In this document: positions 1 to 8,828 of the stretch, in pieces
How the letters are laid out: every line of letters begins with the position of its first letter
Position numbering within the stretch: position 1 is the first letter of the stretch
Assembly (NCBI GenBank): GCA_026002915.1
Contig: BPGG01000001.1
Coordinates: 1,312,366-1,376,365, forward strand
Source: Acidimicrobiales bacterium
GTDB taxonomy: Bacteria > Actinomycetota > Acidimicrobiia > Acidimicrobiales > BPGG01
Reading direction: 5' to 3'
Length of the DNA: 64,000 nt
The notes under the pieces: model-generated
Seen by the model: the letters and a program-made list of their open reading frames with translations, nothing else
Told to the model about the DNA's origin: nothing
The model's database searches: none
Translations under genes and position numbers: made by a program

Positions 1-725
1 CCCAAGGACACGTTCCGGAACACGCCAAGGATTACGCGCGCGAAAAGATCCTCCGACTCTCTCACGTGGCGAAGGGGATCCCTTGGCGCGCTCATGTCCA
101 CCTGGAGATGTCGGGTAACCCGGCCGTAGATCGCCCCGCGCTCGCCGAGGCCACCATCTACGTGGACGGCACGCCCGTGCGAGCACACGTCGCCGCACAC
201 GACCACGAGGCGGCCGTGGATCTGCTCGAAGATCGGCTCCGCCGTCGCCTGTCTCGGCGGTTCGAGATCCGGCGGGGCGATCGTGTCGGTGCCATTCGCT
301 CACGGAACCACCAGCACCGCCCTCAATGGGTCGAGCTACCACCCGACGAACGCCAGATCGTGCGGCACAAGACTTTCGCTCTCGAGCCGATGACGGTGGA
401 CGAGGCGGCCTTCGACCTCGAGATGCTCGACCACGACTTCTACCTGTTCACGGAGATGTCTACCGGAGCCGACTGCGTCATCTACCACTCGGAGGGCGGA
501 CTCGTGCTTTCCATGCCCGAGTCGACCCAGGGTGATCCGATCTCCGGTGCGGCAGCCGAGCTGAGGCTCGGCCCACCCGCACCGACGCTCACACGGGCGG
601 AAGCGGTCGAGCGGCTGGAGAGCGGAAACGAGCGGTTCGTGTTCTACGTCGACAGCGAGACCGGCCGCGGCAACGTGCTCTACCACCGTTACGACGGCCA
701 CTACGGGCTGATAACGCCGGAGTGA
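1..725 (+). CDS. HPF/RaiA-family ribosome hibernation factor-like protein, 5'-truncated by the window edge, with two copies of the long-HPF C-terminal domain
   Basis: The frame is open from position 3, and track ORF 66..725 is its internal GTG part. Upstream in-frame residues HAKDYAREKILRLSHVA resemble the S30AE/RaiA N-domain. IVRHKTFALEPMTVDEAAFDLEMLDHDFYLFTE and ERFVFYVDSETGRGNVLYHRYDGHYGLITPE are two copies of the long-HPF C-terminal motif. Confidence 0.7.
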   Translation, partial: QGHVPEHAKDYAREKILRLSHVAKGIPWRAHVHLEMSGNPAVDRPALAEATIYVDGTPVRAHVAAHDHEAAVDLLEDRLRRRLSRRFEIRRGDRVGAIRSRNHQHRPQWVELPPDERQIVRHKTFALEPMTVDEAAFDLEMLDHDFYLFTEMSTGADCVIYHSEGGLVLSMPESTQGDPISGAAAELRLGPPAPTLTRAEAVERLESGNERFVFYVDSETGRGNVLYHRYDGHYGLITPE

Positions 726-728
726 CAG

Positions 729-1748
729 GTGCGGGCCGCAGTCCTCTCGAAGCCCGCGAAGATCTCCGAGAGGCCGCTCGTCATCGAGGATCTGCCGGAT
801 CCCACGCCCGGGCCCGGCGAGCTTTGCCTGAGAGTCGAGGCCTGTGCCGCTTGCCGTACAGACCTGCAGCTCGTGGAGGGAGACCTTCCACCTCGAAGGC
901 TGCCCATCACACCGGGCCACCAGGTCGTGGGAGTCGTGGCGGCCCATGGGCCCGGAGTGAGCCGACCTCCCCTCGGTTCGCGAGTGGGAGTGGCTTGGCT
1001 GGGACGATCGTGTGGGGAATGTCGCTTTTGCCGCTCGGATCGCGAGAACCTCTGCGAGTCGGCGCGCTTCACGGGATGGGATCGCGACGGCGGCTTTGCG
1101 GAGATGATGACGGTCGACGCCGCGTTTGCGTATGAGCTGGAAGACGAGTGCGACCCGGTGGCCCTGGCGCCTCTCTTGTGCGGCGGCGCGATCGGATGGC
1201 GCTGCCTGCGCGTGGCGGACGTGCGAGCCGGGGGGAGGCTGGGGCTGTACGGCTTCGGCGCATCGGCTTCGATCGTCGCTCAGATAGCGGTGGCCCGGGG
1301 AGTGGAGGTTTACGTGGTCACCCGCTCGGAGAAGGAACGACGACGAGCAGAAGAGCTGGGAGCCGTATGGACGGGGGCTCCGGGCGTGCGACCACCCGTT
1401 CCGCTCGACTGGGCGATCACGTTCGCTCCGGTGGGTGACGTCGTCGTCGACGCCCTCGCTGCAGTAGACAGAGGAGGAATCGTGGTGGTCAACGCGATTC
1501 ACCTGGACCGGATCCCCCAATTTCCCTATGAGCTCCTCTGGTGGGAGCGCTGCCTCAGATCCGTCGCCAACGTGACCAGGGATGACGTGCGCGGGCTGCT
1601 CAGAGAAGCGGCAGCCACGGGAGTACGCACTCGCTTCGACGTGTATCCCTTGGATGCAGCGAACGAAGCACTCCGGGCCATCGCCGAGGGCACCGTCAAC
1701 ACGGCGGCTGTGCTCGTGCCCGGTGCTGTGTCACTCTCGGGGCCGTGA
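729..1748 (+). CDS. zinc-type alcohol dehydrogenase family oxidoreductase
   Basis: Has the PGHQVVGVV catalytic-zinc region, the CGECRFCRSDRENLC structural-zinc loop and a GLYGFGASA Rossmann motif. The GTG start lies 4 nt after the upstream stop. Confidence 0.85.
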   Translation: MRAAVLSKPAKISERPLVIEDLPDPTPGPGELCLRVEACAACRTDLQLVEGDLPPRRLPITPGHQVVGVVAAHGPGVSRPPLGSRVGVAWLGRSCGECRFCRSDRENLCESARFTGWDRDGGFAEMMTVDAAFAYELEDECDPVALAPLLCGGAIGWRCLRVADVRAGGRLGLYGFGASASIVAQIAVARGVEVYVVTRSEKERRRAEELGAVWTGAPGVRPPVPLDWAITFAPVGDVVVDALAAVDRGGIVVVNAIHLDRIPQFPYELLWWERCLRSVANVTRDDVRGLLREAAATGVRTRFDVYPLDAANEALRAIAEGTVNTAAVLVPGAVSLSGP

Positions 1749-1865
1749 CCTCGATCGGCGAGGGAGGGTGCGTGGCGGAGATCGGACCGGTTCCCTGTCT
1801 GGATCGGTGGGGCGTGGCGACCCTTGTGGACGAGGGTGGCGACCGTTGTCGATGAGGGAAGAGTA

Positions 1866-2780
1866 GTGAGGGAGGACGAGTTCCTCTCCGAGCTTCTCGG
1901 GTGCCTCGACGAGGCTCCCGAGGGACAAGTCTGGGCCGGTGACGACGCCGCCATCGTCGAGGGGCAGGTCGCGGTCGCAACCGACTCGCTGGTCGAGGGC
2001 GTGCACTTTCGCCTCGATTGGGCCGACCCCGAATCTGTCGGATACAAGGCACTGGCCGTGAACTTGTCCGACCTTGCCGCGACGGGGTGCCTGCCCACGT
2101 CCTGCGTGGTCTCCGTGGTGGTGCCCCCCGGCGGCGGTGAAACGGCACTCGCGGTGCTCAGAGGTCTGCGAGACGCAGGTCGCATCTGGAGCTGTCCGCT
2201 GGTCGGAGGAGACACGTGCACGGGATCCTGCTTCGTCGTGAGCGTCGCGGTGACTGGACGGCCGGCGGCATCCGCTCCGCTCCTCCGATCGGGCGCGCGA
2301 CCGGGCGATCGGCTATGGCTCACGGGTGAGGTGGGGGGAGCATCGGCCGTTTTGCGACGTCTCCGCTCTGGTGAGACGCCCGACCCTGAAGAGACGAATC
2401 GCCTTAATCGCCCGACGCCGCGCCTGCGGGAGGGGGCCGTCTCGGCCGAATGCGGAGCCACTGCCGCGATCGACGTGTCAGACGGGCTGGCGCTCGACTT
2501 GGCGCGGCTGTGTCGGGCTTCAGAGGTGGGCGCAAGAATCGATTCCTCCCGCGTCCCCAAGGCGGCAGCCGCAGACTGGGACGACGCCTTCCACGGCGGC
2601 GAGGACTACGAACTACTGCTCGCTGCACCACCATCGGTGGACCTGCGGCACGCGTTCTCCACAGCCGGTCTGGATCCTCCGCATCTGATCGGAGAACTCA
2701 CCGCGGAGCCGGACATCGTGCTGGTGGAGAAAGGAAGCGTGCGGGCCCTTGATACTCGCGGCTACCTACACGAGCTCTGA
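1866..2780 (+). CDS. thiL: thiamine-monophosphate kinase
   Basis: Motifs GDDAAIV, VATDSLVEGVHF, YKALAVNLSDLAATG and GGDT. Start placed at GTG 1866 with GAGGGA upstream; the track ORF begins at 1824. Confidence 0.85.
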   Translation: MREDEFLSELLGCLDEAPEGQVWAGDDAAIVEGQVAVATDSLVEGVHFRLDWADPESVGYKALAVNLSDLAATGCLPTSCVVSVVVPPGGGETALAVLRGLRDAGRIWSCPLVGGDTCTGSCFVVSVAVTGRPAASAPLLRSGARPGDRLWLTGEVGGASAVLRRLRSGETPDPEETNRLNRPTPRLREGAVSAECGATAAIDVSDGLALDLARLCRASEVGARIDSSRVPKAAAADWDDAFHGGEDYELLLAAPPSVDLRHAFSTAGLDPPHLIGELTAEPDIVLVEKGSVRALDTRGYLHEL

Positions 2781-2961
2781 GCGAGGTTTGCAGGGAGCCG
2801 AGACGCGGGGACGGGACCCTCTCGTGGTCGAAGGCCACGGCGCACGTGAGTCACCGACGGGCGTGACCCCGTAGCCGGAACGGTCCCTCCGGCGAGACTC
2901 CCCGCCGGGCCGTGAGATTGGGGCAGACTGTGGCCGACGGGACCGGACGAACGATGAAGAC

Positions 2962-3339
2962 TTGACTTCAGATCAGATAAGACTCGACTTTCCCGCTCGC
3001 GGCGAGTACGGCCGTATCGCGAGGACGGCCGCAGCTGCTTTGGCGCGCCGCCTGGGATTCGACGCGGAAGCCACCGGTCAAATATGCCTCGCGGTGGACG
3101 AAGCGGTGATACTCCTCCTGAAGACGAGGGGCGAGATGGGGACGGTACGAGTTGTCTTCGAGCCGTCGTCTGAATTCCTTGTCATCGAGCTGTCGCACAT
3201 GGGAGACGCCGATGCATCGGTAGACCGCGAGACGGTCGCCCGATTCCGAGCCATCGCGACTCAGACGGTGGACGACTTCGACGTGAACGAACAACGGTGC
3301 CGGATTCGCCTCGCAAAGGCACGTCCGGTCCCATTCTGA
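2962..3339 (+). CDS. hypothetical protein, weakly RsbW/SpoIIAB-like (HATPase-type anti-sigma regulatory factor fold, degenerate)
   Basis: TTG-start ORF of 125 aa in a gene-sized gap. GQICLAVDEAVILLL resembles the N-box helix of anti-sigma kinases, but the Asn is absent. This is a weak call. Confidence 0.4.
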   Translation: MTSDQIRLDFPARGEYGRIARTAAAALARRLGFDAEATGQICLAVDEAVILLLKTRGEMGTVRVVFEPSSEFLVIELSHMGDADASVDRETVARFRAIATQTVDDFDVNEQRCRIRLAKARPVPF

Positions 3340-3361
3340 CGGGGACTGAGATCTCCACGGC

Positions 3362-3805
3362 TCACCGACCGGTGTGCCCGAACCCTCCCTCTCCTCTGGG
3401 TGTGTCGTCGAGCGACTCCACTTCCACTAGCTCCGCATCTGCGACCGGTATGACGACGAGCTGTGCGATGCGGTCCCCTCTACGGATGACGTGGGGCTTC
3501 TCCCGGTCCGTGTTGATCAACAGCACCTTCACCTCTCCTCTGTAGCCGGGATCGATGAGACCCGGCGTGTTCAGGCAGGTGACGCCGTGCCGCAGGGCCA
3601 GACCGCTTCGAGGCTGTACGAAGCCCGCGAATCCCGGCGGGATCGCGAGGGCTATCCCGGTGCCGACCAGTCCACGCTCCCCCGGTCCGAGCTCGACGTC
3701 GTGTGCCGCGTGAAGGTCCAAGCCCGCGTCGTCGGGCATCGCCCTCGAAGGGAGAGGCACCTCCGGATCGAGTCGTCGGACACGGATCGTCAGACGGGAT
3801 GACAC
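3362..3805 (-). CDS. dut: dUTP diphosphatase
   Basis: Motifs [24 protein letters not shown] and [11 protein letters not shown] 3805 is preferred over the track start at 3835. Confidence 0.9.
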   Translation of the reverse strand: MSSRLTIRVRRLDPEVPLPSRAMPDDAGLDLHAAHDVELGPGERGLVGTGIALAIPPGFAGFVQPRSGLALRHGVTCLNTPGLIDPGYRGEVKVLLINTDREKPHVIRRGDRIAQLVVIPVADAELVEVESLDDTPRGEGGFGHTGR

Positions 3806-4380
3806 GTGCCGAGAGCCTACGTGCGAGAATCGCACCCGTGCTCGCCTGGATGGACCTGGAGATGACCGGATTGGATCCTTCGAGGGATGCGATCGTCGAG
3901 ATAGCTACGTTGATCACCGACGACGACCTCGAGGTGATAGCAGAGGGGCCCGACATCGTCGTGCACCAACCCGAAGAGGTGCTCGCGCACATGAGCGATG
4001 CAGTGCGGGAGATGCACACGCGCAACGGGTTGTTGGACGAGGTGCGCCGTTCCACGACCACGTTGAGGAGAGCAGGTGAACTCACCCTGGAGTTCCTCAA
4101 GAAGCACATACCGGAGCCGGGTACGGTCCCGCTGTGCGGCAACTCCATCGGCACCGACCGCCGCTTCCTGGCTGCCCAACTCCCCGAACTCGAAGAGTTC
4201 TTCCACTACCGAGTGGTGGACGTGTCCTCGATCAAGGAACTCGCCCGCCGATGGAACCCCGCATTACTGGAAGAGGCACCCGTCAAGAAAGAGGGCCACA
4301 GAGCCTTGGACGACATCCGCGAGAGCGTCGAAGAGTTGCGCTTCTACCGCCATCGGTTCTTCCGACTCCAGCAGCCCTGA
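3799..4380 (+). CDS. orn: oligoribonuclease
   Basis: DEDDh exonuclease motifs [23 protein letters not shown] and [14 protein letters not shown]. Start is ATG 3799 or a slightly later GTG/ATG; the track ORF from 3703 overlaps dut. Confidence 0.9.
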   Translation: MTRAESLRARIAPVLAWMDLEMTGLDPSRDAIVEIATLITDDDLEVIAEGPDIVVHQPEEVLAHMSDAVREMHTRNGLLDEVRRSTTTLRRAGELTLEFLKKHIPEPGTVPLCGNSIGTDRRFLAAQLPELEEFFHYRVVDVSSIKELARRWNPALLEEAPVKKEGHRALDDIRESVEELRFYRHRFFRLQQP

Positions 4381-4411
4381 CAAGTGGCCCCATCGCCGAT
4401 GCGGGCGCTAA

Positions 4412-5260
4412 TCATGACACCGCTCGCCAGCGACCCTGCACGCTCCGCCCCGAGACGAGCCCCTCGGCCCGCAGCTTGAGCAGATGCGCCCACACGTTCA
4501 TCGCAGCCCACTCGTGCATCGATTCGGGAACGTCGCGGTAAACCTCTCTGACGATGTCCCCCACCGTCGCGGATCCCAGCCTCTGGACGGCTTCGTAGAT
4601 CGCCTTCTCACGTGCGGCGCGGTGGGTGATGTAGTGATCGATCACTTCGCGCGGGTTTTCGATGAAGTGTCCGTGTCCGGGCGCTATCGCCCGCAGGCGT
4701 AGCGACCGGACCTTCTCCAGCGAATCCATGTAGGCAGCCATGTCTCCATCTGGAGGCTGCACCACCACGGTCGAACCCTCGATTATGTGATCGCCGGAAA
4801 GAAGCGTCCTCTCCTCCTCGAGGAGAAAGCAGAGATGGTCTCTCGAATGGCCGGGAGTGTGCACGGCCGTCAGACGAAACTCCGTCGCCTGCAGCTGGTC
4901 GCCATCTTTCATCCTACGATCAGGAACGAAATCGTCTTTCTTGGAGAATCCCAATATCTCCGCCCCTGTCATTTCCTTTAGTCGTGCTGCACCAGGAGAG
5001 TGGTCTGGATGCGTGTGAGTGACGAGAATCCAACGTATTCGGTCTCCTCCACATCCCGCGATGGCGTCGAGGTGCTCCTGCACGAGGGGTCCCGGATCGA
5101 CGACGGCTATCTCGTCGATCCCGACCAAATACGTGTTGGTTCCTGCACCGGTGAGAGGGCCCGGATTCGGTGCCGTGATTCGCCGCAGCAGGGGGCTGAG
5201 CGCACGGGCGACCAAATGTTCGATCGGGAGTGGCGTGGGTGTGTCCGACGTGCCGTTCAT
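4412..5260 (-). CDS. MBL-fold metallo-hydrolase with C-terminal winged-helix-like tail
   Basis: THTHPDHSPG (HxHxDH) and downstream His/Asp ligands. ATG 5260 overlaps the Nudix stop (TGATG); the track ORF extends to 5536. Confidence 0.8.
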   Translation of the reverse strand: MNGTSDTPTPLPIEHLVARALSPLLRRITAPNPGPLTGAGTNTYLVGIDEIAVVDPGPLVQEHLDAIAGCGGDRIRWILVTHTHPDHSPGAARLKEMTGAEILGFSKKDDFVPDRRMKDGDQLQATEFRLTAVHTPGHSRDHLCFLLEEERTLLSGDHIIEGSTVVVQPPDGDMAAYMDSLEKVRSLRLRAIAPGHGHFIENPREVIDHYITHRAAREKAIYEAVQRLGSATVGDIVREVYRDVPESMHEWAAMNVWAHLLKLRAEGLVSGRSVQGRWRAVS

Positions 5261-5922
5261 CACCTCACCGCCCGCGCCGACTCGTCGGCTCCGCAGCGCA
5301 GCTGTTCGATGAGAGACGCCACCGTGGCGTGGCCGTCGATCGAGCGGAGGTTCGCCATGGTGGGCAGCATCAGATTCTCCTCGCCCCGGGACGCGCGGGC
5401 CAGGGCCTCGCCGGGTCGCAGCCAACAGACCTGCGTGACTTCGACTCCGTCGGGTTCCGGATCTGCGTGCGCCGGAACCTCGCAGGCGTAGAAGCGGGTG
5501 TCGTAGCGCCGAGGTTTCCCGGGTGGCGTGACCCATCTGCTGACGAAGACCAGGCGTTCGGGCCGAATGCGTATCCCGATCTCGCCGAGAATGTCGACAA
5601 AGCGCGAGGGTTGGGCCTTGGTCACCTGCCGCAGGTGCCGCAGCGTCTGGGGATCGGGCTGCGAATCGACCGCGACGAGTATTCCGGACTCTTCCAACGT
5701 CTCCCGGATCGCAGCCACGCGGTATCCGAGATGGTCGTCGGAGATACCGGCGGAGAGATCCAGCTCCGACTCTTCGAGCGCCCCACCCGGGAACAACAGG
5801 ACGCCGGGGACGAACTCAGACCGCTCGGTCCTCCTCAACATCATGACTTCGGGTCCGCTCGGCGAATCCCGCAGAACCATGAGGGTGGCTGCGGGCCGCG
5901 GCACGACCCCCGCTGCAGTCAC
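5260..5922 (-). CDS. NUDIX hydrolase
   Basis: Nudix box region FPGGALEE...AAIRETLEESGI. Confidence 0.8.
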   Translation of the reverse strand: MTAAGVVPRPAATLMVLRDSPSGPEVMMLRRTERSEFVPGVLLFPGGALEESELDLSAGISDDHLGYRVAAIRETLEESGILVAVDSQPDPQTLRHLRQVTKAQPSRFVDILGEIGIRIRPERLVFVSRWVTPPGKPRRYDTRFYACEVPAHADPEPDGVEVTQVCWLRPGEALARASRGEENLMLPTMANLRSIDGHATVASLIEQLRCGADESARAVR

Positions 5923-5945
5923 GAATCAAATGCTAGTCGTCGCCT

Positions 5946-6203
5946 TCAGGATCGCTCGGCAACGAGCTGACGACGCTCGGCTTCTGTGAGCCCACCCCAG
6001 ATGCCGTGCTGCTCGTTGATGCTGAGCGCATATTCGAGGCACTCCTCGCGCACCGAACACGTGGCGCATATGGCCTTCGCCCGAGCCTCTCGTTCGCGCT
6101 TTTCTTCTTTCCTTTCGAAGTGTGACGGTGGAAAGAAGACCGCCGCGTGTGGGCCGCGACACGCCGCCTTTGCCTGCCAACTCGCCACATTCAGCGCACT
6201 CAT
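5946..6203 (-). CDS. whiB: WhiB-family transcriptional regulator
   Basis: Four Cys in a C-x29-C-x2-C-x5-C pattern (AAC...AICATCSVREEC) plus the GIWGG turn. ATG 6203 chosen as start; the track ORF extends to 6305. Confidence 0.85.
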   Translation of the reverse strand: MSALNVASWQAKAACRGPHAAVFFPPSHFERKEEKREREARAKAICATCSVREECLEYALSINEQHGIWGGLTEAERRQLVAERS

Positions 6204-6317
6204 GATCGTCGCGTCTCCCCCCTCTGTCTGAACGCGGACCATACAGGCGGCATCTACGGGTGTACAAGAGAAATTTCGCGAGCATGATCGCGAAACTCCA
6301 AGCACAACATTTACCGT

Positions 6318-7757
6318 TCACCCCGGCCCGCCGCTCGATTGCGACGATTCGTCGACAGGCTCGACTCGCAGGAACATCCCCTCCACTCCGGACACCGATA
6401 CCGTCGCTCCCTTGCCGACAGGCGTCGCCCGGCTGGTACGAGCGCGCCAGGGCCCTCCGTCCACCGAGACGACTCCCTCGGGGTCGAGGTCTGTCAGCGC
6501 TACGCCAACGGCTCCGATCAAAGCCTCGCGCCCCACCGTCTTGGTCGAGAATCGTGACCGAATCATCGACGAGACACCTGCCAGATAAAACAGCAGCGAT
6601 CCTCCGACTACGGTGGCCAGAGTTATCCAGGTGACTTCGAGGCCTCGGTACGAACCGAGGGTTCCCACCAAGACGGCCGCCGTTCCCAGTGCGGACCAGA
6701 GCCGCGGAACGCCGGTCTGGAGGTCGACGGCGAAGGCGAACGCCGAGAAGGCCACGGCGGCGACGGCCCACCAGTTCACCGGGAGTTCGTCGAATGCCCA
6801 GAAGGACGAGATCAGTAACAGCGCGCCCGAAAATCCCGCGATCCCGATGCTGGCGGCGAAGAACTCGAATACGATCAGGCCCAAGCCTGCCACCAGGGAG
6901 ACCCACGCCAGATCCGGACTAGAGAGGGCATGCAGGACCTGGTGGGTGAACGGGAGCTGGCTGAAGCGGATCTGCGCTCGCGGCTCGCGCCTCGGCTGAC
7001 CGTCTACCCGCACCACCTCAGAGGCGACACCGGGAATGTCCACCACCAGGTCACCTAGAGTCGGGTAGCCCTCCAGATTCGACCCCACTCCCCGGTTCGA
7101 GCGTGGCGCGACTATTCCCAGCTCGAGGGCTTCATCGTCGTCGACCGTTCCGGCACGGAGTCGGGTCGCCCAACGACCGAAGAGTCGACCGAACTCCTCT
7201 TGCGGGAGACGTTGACGACCTATCCTGCCCAACGAAGTGCCCGGAGCCATGCCGAGGAGGTCCGCCAACGCGACGATCTCTGCGGCGCCGCCGTGAGCGA
7301 CCGCTCCCGACGGCCCCACCCACACCGCCACGGTGGTTCGCATCCGAACGATGGTGCGGGCCAGTCGAACGAAGCGAGCGTCGTCCACCAGCACGCCGGG
7401 ACTGTCCAACTGAATCACCACCGCCGTCACCCGGCGTTCTTCGGCCCGTTCCAGCTGGCGTTGCAGGAACGACACCGAGATCCGGTCCAACCAACCCGTC
7501 ACCTCGACGACCTCCACCGTGCCGCTGCGAGGAGGGTCGGATGCCGGAAGCGAGTCCAACCACCCTGCCCGTAAGGTCTGCTCTGCCCGTGCGGCCGCGC
7601 CGGAGACGCCAGTCACCACCGCGACAGAAAAAACGAGTGCCGATGCGAGAAATGCACGGAGGCACGCACGACGGATCACGCCGAGCGCGGCGCGGCGGAT
7701 CGCGCAGCGGTACGAGGTCCTCGTGGGCTGCGTGGATGGCTGTCGACTCTCGCTCAT
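6318..7757 (-). CDS. NfeD-family membrane-bound serine protease (ClpP class)
   Basis: N-terminal signal/TM, ClpP-like domain (VVIQLDSPGV), a block of TM helices, and a C-terminal NfeD OB domain (GVVSVDGGPWRARTS...GATVSVSGVEGMFLRVEPV). Confidence 0.75.
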   Translation of the reverse strand: MSESRQPSTQPTRTSYRCAIRRAALGVIRRACLRAFLASALVFSVAVVTGVSGAAARAEQTLRAGWLDSLPASDPPRSGTVEVVEVTGWLDRISVSFLQRQLERAEERRVTAVVIQLDSPGVLVDDARFVRLARTIVRMRTTVAVWVGPSGAVAHGGAAEIVALADLLGMAPGTSLGRIGRQRLPQEEFGRLFGRWATRLRAGTVDDDEALELGIVAPRSNRGVGSNLEGYPTLGDLVVDIPGVASEVVRVDGQPRREPRAQIRFSQLPFTHQVLHALSSPDLAWVSLVAGLGLIVFEFFAASIGIAGFSGALLLISSFWAFDELPVNWWAVAAVAFSAFAFAVDLQTGVPRLWSALGTAAVLVGTLGSYRGLEVTWITLATVVGGSLLFYLAGVSSMIRSRFSTKTVGREALIGAVGVALTDLDPEGVVSVDGGPWRARTSRATPVGKGATVSVSGVEGMFLRVEPVDESSQSSGGPG

Positions 7758-7796
7758 GTGCCCTTCCCGGTCTCGAGCACGCGTAGGCTCGCCGTG

Positions 7797-8825
7797 ATGG
7801 CGGTCGGATCCAACGGCTCCAGAGTCGCGACAGTCGACCCTGCCGTGTTCTTTCGCTCTTCCAAGGTCCTCATCGTGGCCGGGAAGGGAGGAGTGGGCAA
7901 GACGACGGTCTCCGCGGCCATGGCAAGGGCAGCTGCCCTCTCCGGCCTCTCCACACTCATAGTCGAAGTCGAGGGTAAGAGCGGCTTGGCGGCCCTTTTC
8001 GGTCGGGAGCCGCTGGGATACGAGGAAGTGGTGTTGGATCCCGGCGGTGGACCACTAGGCGCAGCAGACATCCGGGGGCGGACCATCACGCCCGACGAGG
8101 CGCTGCTCGAGTATTTGCGCGATCACGGCATGAGCCGCGTCTCCAAACGCCTGCTCTCTTCAGGCGCGCTGGACGTCGTGTCGACTGCGGCACCCGGGAT
8201 CCGGGACATCCTGATACTCGGCAAGGTGAAGCAGCTCGAACGCCGGGGGGAGGCGGACCTGATCGTGATCGACGCTCCGGCGGCGGGACACGCGGTCACC
8301 TTCTTGCAGTCTGCTTCCGGCCTGGCGGACGCGGTGCGCGTCGGACCCGTGAGAGCCCAAGCCGAAGAGGTGCTCGAGTTGCTCACGGACGCTTCGCGCT
8401 GTCAAGTGGTCTTGGTGACGCTTCCCGAGGAGACGCCCGTCAACGAGGTGGTCGACACTGCCTACAGCCTCGAGGACCGCGTCGGCATCCACCTCGGGCC
8501 GGTGGTGGTCAACGGCGTCTACCCCCCACTCGACGGCCTGGAGGAGGATCCCGAGAAAGCTGCGGCAGAGTGCGGAGCTTTCCTCAGACCGGGCGAAGCC
8601 GGCGTATTGGCGGCAGCCGCGAGTTTCCGTCTGCGCCGTTCGCGCTTGCAGGCGGAGCAGATAGCCCGGCTCACCGAGCAACTTCCGCTCCCCCAGCTGG
8701 TCCTGCCGTTCAGGTTCTCTCCCGACCTGGACCGCGGTGACGTCGAGGGGTTGGCTCGAGCGCTGTTGGAGCAGATCGCCCAGATGCCCGAACTGGCGGG
8801 CGACACGACTGGTGCCGAATCCTGA
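7797..8825 (+). CDS. ArsA/Get3-like ATPase (Rv3679-like)
   Basis: Deviant Walker A KGGVGKTTVSAAMA and DAPAAGHAVTFL. Start placed at ATG 7797 because GTG 7758 would abut the divergent NfeD start at 7757. Confidence 0.8.
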   Translation: MAVGSNGSRVATVDPAVFFRSSKVLIVAGKGGVGKTTVSAAMARAAALSGLSTLIVEVEGKSGLAALFGREPLGYEEVVLDPGGGPLGAADIRGRTITPDEALLEYLRDHGMSRVSKRLLSSGALDVVSTAAPGIRDILILGKVKQLERRGEADLIVIDAPAAGHAVTFLQSASGLADAVRVGPVRAQAEEVLELLTDASRCQVVLVTLPEETPVNEVVDTAYSLEDRVGIHLGPVVVNGVYPPLDGLEEDPEKAAAECGAFLRPGEAGVLAAAASFRLRRSRLQAEQIARLTEQLPLPQLVLPFRFSPDLDRGDVEGLARALLEQIAQMPELAGDTTGAES

Positions 8826-8828
8826 GAG

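Noticed and set aside
336-1520. Long antisense ORFs opposite well-supported genes. Examples are 336..1520(-), 1526..2560(-), 8160..9464(-), 17581..18912(-), 27002..28363(-), 39831..41228(+), 51258..52463(-) and 58190..59791(-).
   Set aside because: Their translations are Arg/Pro/Gly/Ser-rich and low in complexity, with no motifs. They lie exactly opposite ORFs with clear family signatures. Stop-free shadow frames are expected at this G+C content.
2781-2961. The 181-bp GC-rich leader between thiL and the small anti-sigma-like ORF has several 5-bp hairpins (GTCAC...GTGAC, CCGGA...TCCGG). I considered a riboswitch such as TPP.
   Set aside because: I could find no conserved riboswitch core, for example the CUGAGA / ACCUGAUCUGGAUAAUGCCAGCG elements of TPP. 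The hairpins are short and expected by chance at this G+C content.
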